DNA of 64,000 bases from Phycisphaerae bacterium (lineage in GTDB: Bacteria > Planctomycetota > Phycisphaerae > UBA1845 > Fen-1342), in assembly GCA_963675745.2 (NCBI GenBank), contig CAXXWX010000019.1, positions 256,001 to 320,000 on the forward strand, given 5' to 3'. The notes beneath the pieces are model-generated. The model was not told the origin of the DNA. It worked only from the letters and a program-made list of their open reading frames with translations, and did no database searches. The position numbers were made by a program, and so were the translations under genes. This document shows, piece by piece, positions 58,955 to 64,000 of the stretch (position 1 is its first letter; every line of letters starts with the position of its first letter).

Positions 58955-60709
58955 TTACGACGGGCGTCCCGCCCGCTTGAACTCGCCGGCGTCCAACCGC
59001 CGGAAATAACGCCGCGCAGCGCGGAGTACGACCGGCAGCAGGATGATCGTGCCGATCAGGTTTGGCACCAGCATCATCGCGTTCAGCCCGTCGGCCAGGT
59101 TGACAAGTGCTTTCAGCTCGAGCAGCACGCCGAGGAAGATCACCACGACGTAGGCGAGCTTGAATGGGATGACAGCGCTGTCGCCGAAGAGGTACGACGC
59201 GCACGTCTCGCCGTAGAAACCCCAACTGATCATGGTTGAGAAGGCGAAGAACAAGGCCGCGATCGGAATGAAATAAGTTCCGAAGCCGGGGATGCAGCGG
59301 TCGAAGGCGAGGGTGGTCAGGCCGATGCCGGCGCGGAAGAGGTAGATGTCGGTGCCGGGAGTGAGGAGCGCCTGGTCGGCGGCCAGTTGCGCGCGGCCGT
59401 CGTCGTCATCGGCGTACACGAGCTCCGCCGTCACGCGGCCGGGATTTTCGCTATCGAGCGCGGCGATGTTGATCTTGATTTCCTCGAACATGCCGGCGTG
59501 CTGCGTCGGGCGCTTCGCCAGCAGCGTCTCGCCGATCACGCCAACCGAGCGGTCGGTCAGATCGATCTGCACGTTGACAACCTGCTGGCCGGACTCAGCG
59601 TCTAACGCCGGCGCACCGATCTCCGCGATCGTGCCTACGGGGCCGCGCGCCAACGCGCCGGTAATCAGGATGACCAGGCCGGTCATTGTGCAGACAACGA
59701 TCGTGTCAACAAACGGGCCGATGCCCGCGACGACGCCCTCACGGATCGGCTCGTTGGTCTTGGCCGTTGCATGGGCGATCGGCGCCGAACCGAGGCCGGC
59801 CTCGTTGGAAAAACAAGCCCGCCGAAAGCCCTGGCTCACGGCGACCCACACCATCACGCCGAGGAACGCTCCCTCGCCGGCGGCATCTGAAAACGCGTGG
59901 CGGAAGATCGAGGCGAAGAGCTCGGGTACGAGGCTGATGTTGACGAGAATGACGATGAGCGCTCCGGTGACGTAGATAATGCACATCGACGGCACGAGCC
60001 GCGACGCTACCTGGCCGATGCGCCGGATGCCGCCCAGCATGACCAGGGCGGCCAGCGACGCCAGGATCAGCCCGACCGCAATCCGGATCGCCCACTGCAC
60101 TTCGATAGTCAGTCCGCCGGCCAGGTGTTTGCCGAGATTCACGTAAACCTGGGCCACTTGCTGGGCCTGAAACGTGTTGCCCATGCCGAAGCTGGCAATA
60201 ACCGTGAACACGGCGAAGGCGACGGCGAGAACCTTGGCGAACGCGCGGATCGCCGGCCCGCGCCCGCCGCCGATGCCCAGCTCGATGTAGTACATCGGCC
60301 CGCCACGATACTCGCCGAAGCGGTCCTTGCGGCGATACATCGTCGATAGCGAGCAGGTGGTGAATTTAGTGGCCATGCCGAGCAGGCCTACGATCCACAT
60401 CCAGAACAGCGCGCCGGGTCCGCCGAGCGTGACGGCAATGGCGACGCCGGAGATGTTGCCCAGGCCGATCGTGGCCGAAAGGGCGGCGCAGAGGGCCTTG
60501 AAGTGCGAAATATTGCCTTCATCTTCCGGGTTGTCGTACTTGCCGCGGATGACCGCGAGGCCGTGCGTGATGATACGCCACTGGATGCCGAAGGTCGTGA
60601 CAGTGAACAACAGCCCGGCGCCGGCCAGCAGCAGGGCGACGGGGGTGCTCCACATGTAGCCGGAGAATGCTTCCAGCGCTGCGATCCATTCGGCGTCGGC
60701 AAGCAGCAT
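58955..60709 (-). CDS. Alanine/glycine:cation symporter (AGCS family)
   Basis: ATIGLGNISGVA, GGPGALFWMW, GGPMYY, FSNEAGLGSAPIAH, DTIVVCTMT, FAFST, PNL. Alternative TTG start 60718. Confidence 0.93.
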   Translation of the reverse strand: MLLADAEWIAALEAFSGYMWSTPVALLLAGAGLLFTVTTFGIQWRIITHGLAVIRGKYDNPEDEGNISHFKALCAALSATIGLGNISGVAIAVTLGGPGALFWMWIVGLLGMATKFTTCSLSTMYRRKDRFGEYRGGPMYYIELGIGGGRGPAIRAFAKVLAVAFAVFTVIASFGMGNTFQAQQVAQVYVNLGKHLAGGLTIEVQWAIRIAVGLILASLAALVMLGGIRRIGQVASRLVPSMCIIYVTGALIVILVNISLVPELFASIFRHAFSDAAGEGAFLGVMVWVAVSQGFRRACFSNEAGLGSAPIAHATAKTNEPIREGVVAGIGPFVDTIVVCTMTGLVILITGALARGPVGTIAEIGAPALDAESGQQVVNVQIDLTDRSVGVIGETLLAKRPTQHAGMFEEIKINIAALDSENPGRVTAELVYADDDDGRAQLAADQALLTPGTDIYLFRAGIGLTTLAFDRCIPGFGTYFIPIAALFFAFSTMISWGFYGETCASYLFGDSAVIPFKLAYVVVIFLGVLLELKALVNLADGLNAMMLVPNLIGTIILLPVVLRAARRYFRRLDAGEFKRAGRPS

Positions 60710-60897
60710 AGTGATCAACCTGAAGAGGAGACGATTGCAGCGACCCGCACAACCAGAATGGGGCGTAGCCTATCTGGCGCCAGGCGCGTTTGCAAGCAAT
60801 CTCTGTACCCACCGCCTGGGCGCCGGCAGCGGTGCGCGCGGTGGACCGTGTCTTCAGGCTGTCGGGGGGCGGTGTATAGTCGGCCAGGCGGCGGGCG

Positions 60898-61305
60898 CTA
60901 CTTGGCGGTGGCGTCGATATCGTCGTCCGCGAAGATCAACTCAAACCCGATCTTGTAACCGCCGGCCGTCAGGGTTTCGTGGCAGACTCTGGCGGCCACC
61001 GTGCAGACTTGTTCATCAAAGCGCAGACGGATAATGGCCAGTGTGTTCTCGGGGATTGGCGTGCGCGTCTTCGCCATGATGCCGGCGCGAGAAATGTTCA
61101 GCACGGACGCGCTGCAGTGCATCGGCTGATTGTCAGGTCCGTGGCAAGCGATTTCCGCCATCCCGGACGCCAACCGATAACGTTCCTCCTCACGGCGGGC
61201 AATGCGCTCATCAACGCCACGCGCCGGTGCAATGAGCACCTGCCGGCGCCACTCGGAACGGGTCAGGATCGGCAATTGCGCGGATGTCTGTGTCGGTTCT
61301 GTCAT
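60898..61305 (-). CDS. PilZ-domain protein (c-di-GMP receptor)
   Basis: RxxxR (REEER) and (D/N)xSxxG (NISRAG) motifs, ending with GFE. Confidence 0.75.
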   Translation of the reverse strand: MTEPTQTSAQLPILTRSEWRRQVLIAPARGVDERIARREEERYRLASGMAEIACHGPDNQPMHCSASVLNISRAGIMAKTRTPIPENTLAIIRLRFDEQVCTVAARVCHETLTAGGYKIGFELIFADDDIDATAK

Positions 61306-61478
61306 GTGGCATGAAATCGACAGAATCACCGCCGGCCTGAAGTGACGCCATTTCACGATTGCGCCACGGGCGTGAGAGGCGCTTAACTCACGTGCGCTTC
61401 AAAGAACGCCGATTATCCAGTCTGGTGGGTGTTGTCTGACTCCGGATGCGGCTCGCACCCGGACTGTGAGGGTGGATT

Positions 61479-62603
61479 ATGAGTTCGTTGGTTTGCGTTC
61501 ATGGCGTGCCGGACATCACACAGGAGATGATACCGGACTTTCGTCTTACCCCGGAGACTGCTGACCGCGCGGCGCTGCTCACCGCCATCGGGAGCGTCGA
61601 TCTGGTAGCCGTCATACTGGACATTGACACACCGACCGCCTTTTCGCTGATCGTTGCGATCCGCGAACTGAAGCCGCAACTGGCGATTATCGGCGTAACG
61701 GCGAAAAATGACGCCAAGCACGTCATCGAGGCCTCGCGCAACGGCTGTAGCCAGGTCACGACGCGCCCGATCGACCCGAATGACCTCACAATCGCTCTGC
61801 GCCGGGCTCTCGGAACCCACCTGGGAAGCGAACAGTCCGCCCAGACGATCGCTCTACTGGGCACGCGCGGCGGCTCCGGCTGTACGCTGCTCGCCTGCCA
61901 CATCGGCGTCGAGTTGGCGGTAGCTTCTAGAGAACCCACAGCGCTTTTCGACCTCGACCTGGAGTTTGGCGGCGTGGCCCAGGCGTTTGACATCGAGCCC
62001 AAGTTCACCATCGCGGACCTCGCCCAGGTTGGTGAGCCGGACGCCATCGTCTTCAAGAAGGCCGGCCATCAGGTCATCAACAATCTGCACATGTTTGCGC
62101 GCCCTCATGAAATCAACGAGGCGCACGCGCTCAATGAAGTGGCCATGGCCCAGGTGCTCAATGCCGCCCGCGGGCTGTACAAGCATCTCGTGATCGACTT
62201 GCCGCCTTACCTGACTCCCGTCACAGGCGTCGCGATCGAACGGAGTGACCGGCTGTTGGTAGTTGTCCAGTTGACCGTTCCGAGTCTGACCAACGCCGGA
62301 CGCCTGTTGGATGCCTTACACCATGAAGGCGTCAACGAAGACCGCATCGACATAGTCGTCAACCGCTACAAGAAAGGTACACATCGCTGCTCGATCGAGA
62401 TGGTCGAGGAGAAACTCGGTCGGCAAGTGCTCGCCATTGTGCCCAGTGACTACCAGGCCGTACGCATCGCAACCGACAGCGGCCGGCTGTTGCCCGAACG
62501 CAACCCGGTGCGCACGGCGATCCGCGAACTGGCCGGCAAACTGAGCGGTGAGCGGCGCGAGGTGCCCAAGGGCTGGCTGTCAAAGCTCGGCCTGGGGCGC
62601 TGA
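61479..62603 (+). CDS. CpaE/TadZ-like protein (degenerate receiver plus MinD/ParA-like domain)
   Basis: Receiver-like N-terminus, GTRGGSGCT, DLDLEFG, VIDLP, VVNR, VPSD. Confidence 0.8.
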   Translation: MSSLVCVHGVPDITQEMIPDFRLTPETADRAALLTAIGSVDLVAVILDIDTPTAFSLIVAIRELKPQLAIIGVTAKNDAKHVIEASRNGCSQVTTRPIDPNDLTIALRRALGTHLGSEQSAQTIALLGTRGGSGCTLLACHIGVELAVASREPTALFDLDLEFGGVAQAFDIEPKFTIADLAQVGEPDAIVFKKAGHQVINNLHMFARPHEINEAHALNEVAMAQVLNAARGLYKHLVIDLPPYLTPVTGVAIERSDRLLVVVQLTVPSLTNAGRLLDALHHEGVNEDRIDIVVNRYKKGTHRCSIEMVEEKLGRQVLAIVPSDYQAVRIATDSGRLLPERNPVRTAIRELAGKLSGERREVPKGWLSKLGLGR

Positions 62604-62814
62604 TTTCCATCCCGCACCCACTGGGGGGCGACGCGCGGATGGCGTGTCGTGGTGACACACGCGCACAGGCGCCAAGCAGGCCGCCACCCGACCCCGTCCA
62701 TCTGACCTCCCGCGCTGCCCAGCTTGCGAGTGGTCGCCAAAGTGCTTATCAATACATAGCCTGCGGTGTCCTCTACAATCCTCGCGACTGCTGTGGTTCC
62801 CCGTGGAGTCAGAC

Positions 62815-64000
62815 ATGGCTGAACATGACCTGGTGATTATCGGTGCCGGCCCCGGCGGATATGTCGCCGCGATCAGGGCCGCCCAACTTGGACTCGACGT
62901 CGCCTGTATCGAGAAGGAGACTCGGCTGGGAGGAACCTGCCTGCGCGTGGGGTGCATCCCCAGCAAGGCGCTGCTTGAGTCCAGCGAGCAGTTTCTCGCC
63001 GCCAGGAACTCGCTCGCCGAGCACGGGGTGCGCGTTACCGGCGTGAAGCTCGATCTCGCGGCGATGATGAAGCGCAAACAGACGATCGTCGACGGTCTGA
63101 CCCAGGGCATCGAGGCGCTGTTCAAGAAAAACAAGGTAACACGTTACCTCGGCCAGGCGACGCTGATAGGGCCGCGGCAACTGGTGGTGCGCGGCGCGGA
63201 CGGCGATCAGGAGTTGGCGGCCGACCGAATCATGATTGCCACAGGCAGCAAAACATCGGGCCTGCCCGGAGTCGAGCTCGATTATGACCGCATTGCAACC
63301 AGCACCGAGGGCCTTTCGTTTGACCAAGTGCCGCGCAAGCTGGTTGTCATTGGCGCCGGCTATATCGGGCTCGAACTCGGGTCGGTGTGGAGTCGGCTCG
63401 GTAGCGAAGTGACCGTGCTCGAATACCTCGACCGAGTCCTGCCGGGCACAGATCTGGAGATTGCCAAGGAAGCGCAGAAGCTGCTAAAACGCCAGGGGCT
63501 GACATTCAAGTTGGGCTGTCGCGTCACGAGTGCCACGCTCAAGGGCAAGAAATGCACGGTGACATGTGAGGGCATAGACCCGATCGAATGTGATCGCGTA
63601 CTGCTGGCGGTCGGCCGCCAGCCAAACACCGACGGATTGGGGCTCGAGAACGTCGGCATCGAGCTCGACCCACGCGGGCGAATACCGGTTGACGAGCATT
63701 TCGCGACGGCAGTACCCGGTATCTTCGCCATCGGAGACGTAATTCGTGGGCCGATGCTCGCCCATAAGGCCGAGGAAGAGGGCGTCGCCTGTGTCGAGCG
63801 GATGGTGCGCGGACACGGACACGTCAATTACGACGCGATTCCAGGGGTGGCGTATACACATCCCGAGATCGCCACGGTGGGCCAAACCGAGGAACAGCTC
63901 AAGGAGTCGGGCACGCCTTACCGCAAGGGTGTTTTCCAGTTTCGCGGGAACGGTCGCGCGCGGGCCCTGGGTGAGATCGACGGAAAGGTCAAGATTCTGG
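62815..64000 (+). CDS. lpdA: Dihydrolipoyl dehydrogenase (3' end runs off the window)
   Basis: Not in the track. MAEHDLVIIGAGPGGYVAAIRAAQLG, GGTCLRVGCIPSKALL, GAGYIGLE, GPMLAHKAEEEG. Confidence 0.96.
   Translation, partial: MAEHDLVIIGAGPGGYVAAIRAAQLGLDVACIEKETRLGGTCLRVGCIPSKALLESSEQFLAARNSLAEHGVRVTGVKLDLAAMMKRKQTIVDGLTQGIEALFKKNKVTRYLGQATLIGPRQLVVRGADGDQELAADRIMIATGSKTSGLPGVELDYDRIATSTEGLSFDQVPRKLVVIGAGYIGLELGSVWSRLGSEVTVLEYLDRVLPGTDLEIAKEAQKLLKRQGLTFKLGCRVTSATLKGKKCTVTCEGIDPIECDRVLLAVGRQPNTDGLGLENVGIELDPRGRIPVDEHFATAVPGIFAIGDVIRGPMLAHKAEEEGVACVERMVRGHGHVNYDAIPGVAYTHPEIATVGQTEEQLKESGTPYRKGVFQFRGNGRARALGEIDGKVKIL

Noticed and set aside
60719..60897. Glycine riboswitch upstream of the AGCS symporter (CTCTTCAGG resembles the aptamer 3' end)
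   Set aside because: The 5' GGAGA and CCGAAG core elements are not present. An Infernal search would settle it.
1..64000. tRNA, rRNA, integrase, transposase or prophage genes
   Set aside because: No cloverleaf/T-loop signatures or mobile-element protein motifs were recognised by eye. tRNAscan and Rfam were not run.

Overview
GC-rich bacterial chromosomal window, most likely Planctomycetota (Phycisphaerae-like). That assignment is inferred from a prepilin/H-X9-DG-type protein, a C-terminal dockerin-like repeat, a giant FG-GAP lipoprotein and a tandem Kdo/WaaP kinase. About 50 CDS are supported. They include clpC, fused secDF, hutU, lpdA (partial), a PduO-type adenosyltransferase, a NamZ/DUF1343 protein, a VKOR-DsbA fusion, two Na+-coupled amino-acid symporters, and an 8-gene CDP-3,6-dideoxy-sugar cluster (rfbF-rfbG-rfbH, SDR, FkbM methyltransferase, split transketolase, GtrB-like GT2). 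No rRNA, tRNA, CRISPR array, transposase or prophage gene was recognised. Three REP-like palindrome families lie in intergenic spaces. Best leads: (1) two candidate ribosome-arrest leader ORFs, an exported ...IGPP-ending ORF before secDF and a His-containing 4-TM ...RAPP ORF before a dockerin-protein/pilin-like cassette; (2) a roughly 100-nt candidate sRNA with an ECF-type promoter, CCUCCU anti-SD motifs and a perfect 17-bp terminator stem; (3) a probable branched, methylated dideoxysugar pathway lacking its E3 reductase; (4) a 54-aa membrane microprotein coupled to the NSS transporter that is missing from the ORF track. All family calls come from motif recognition by eye; no database searches were run.
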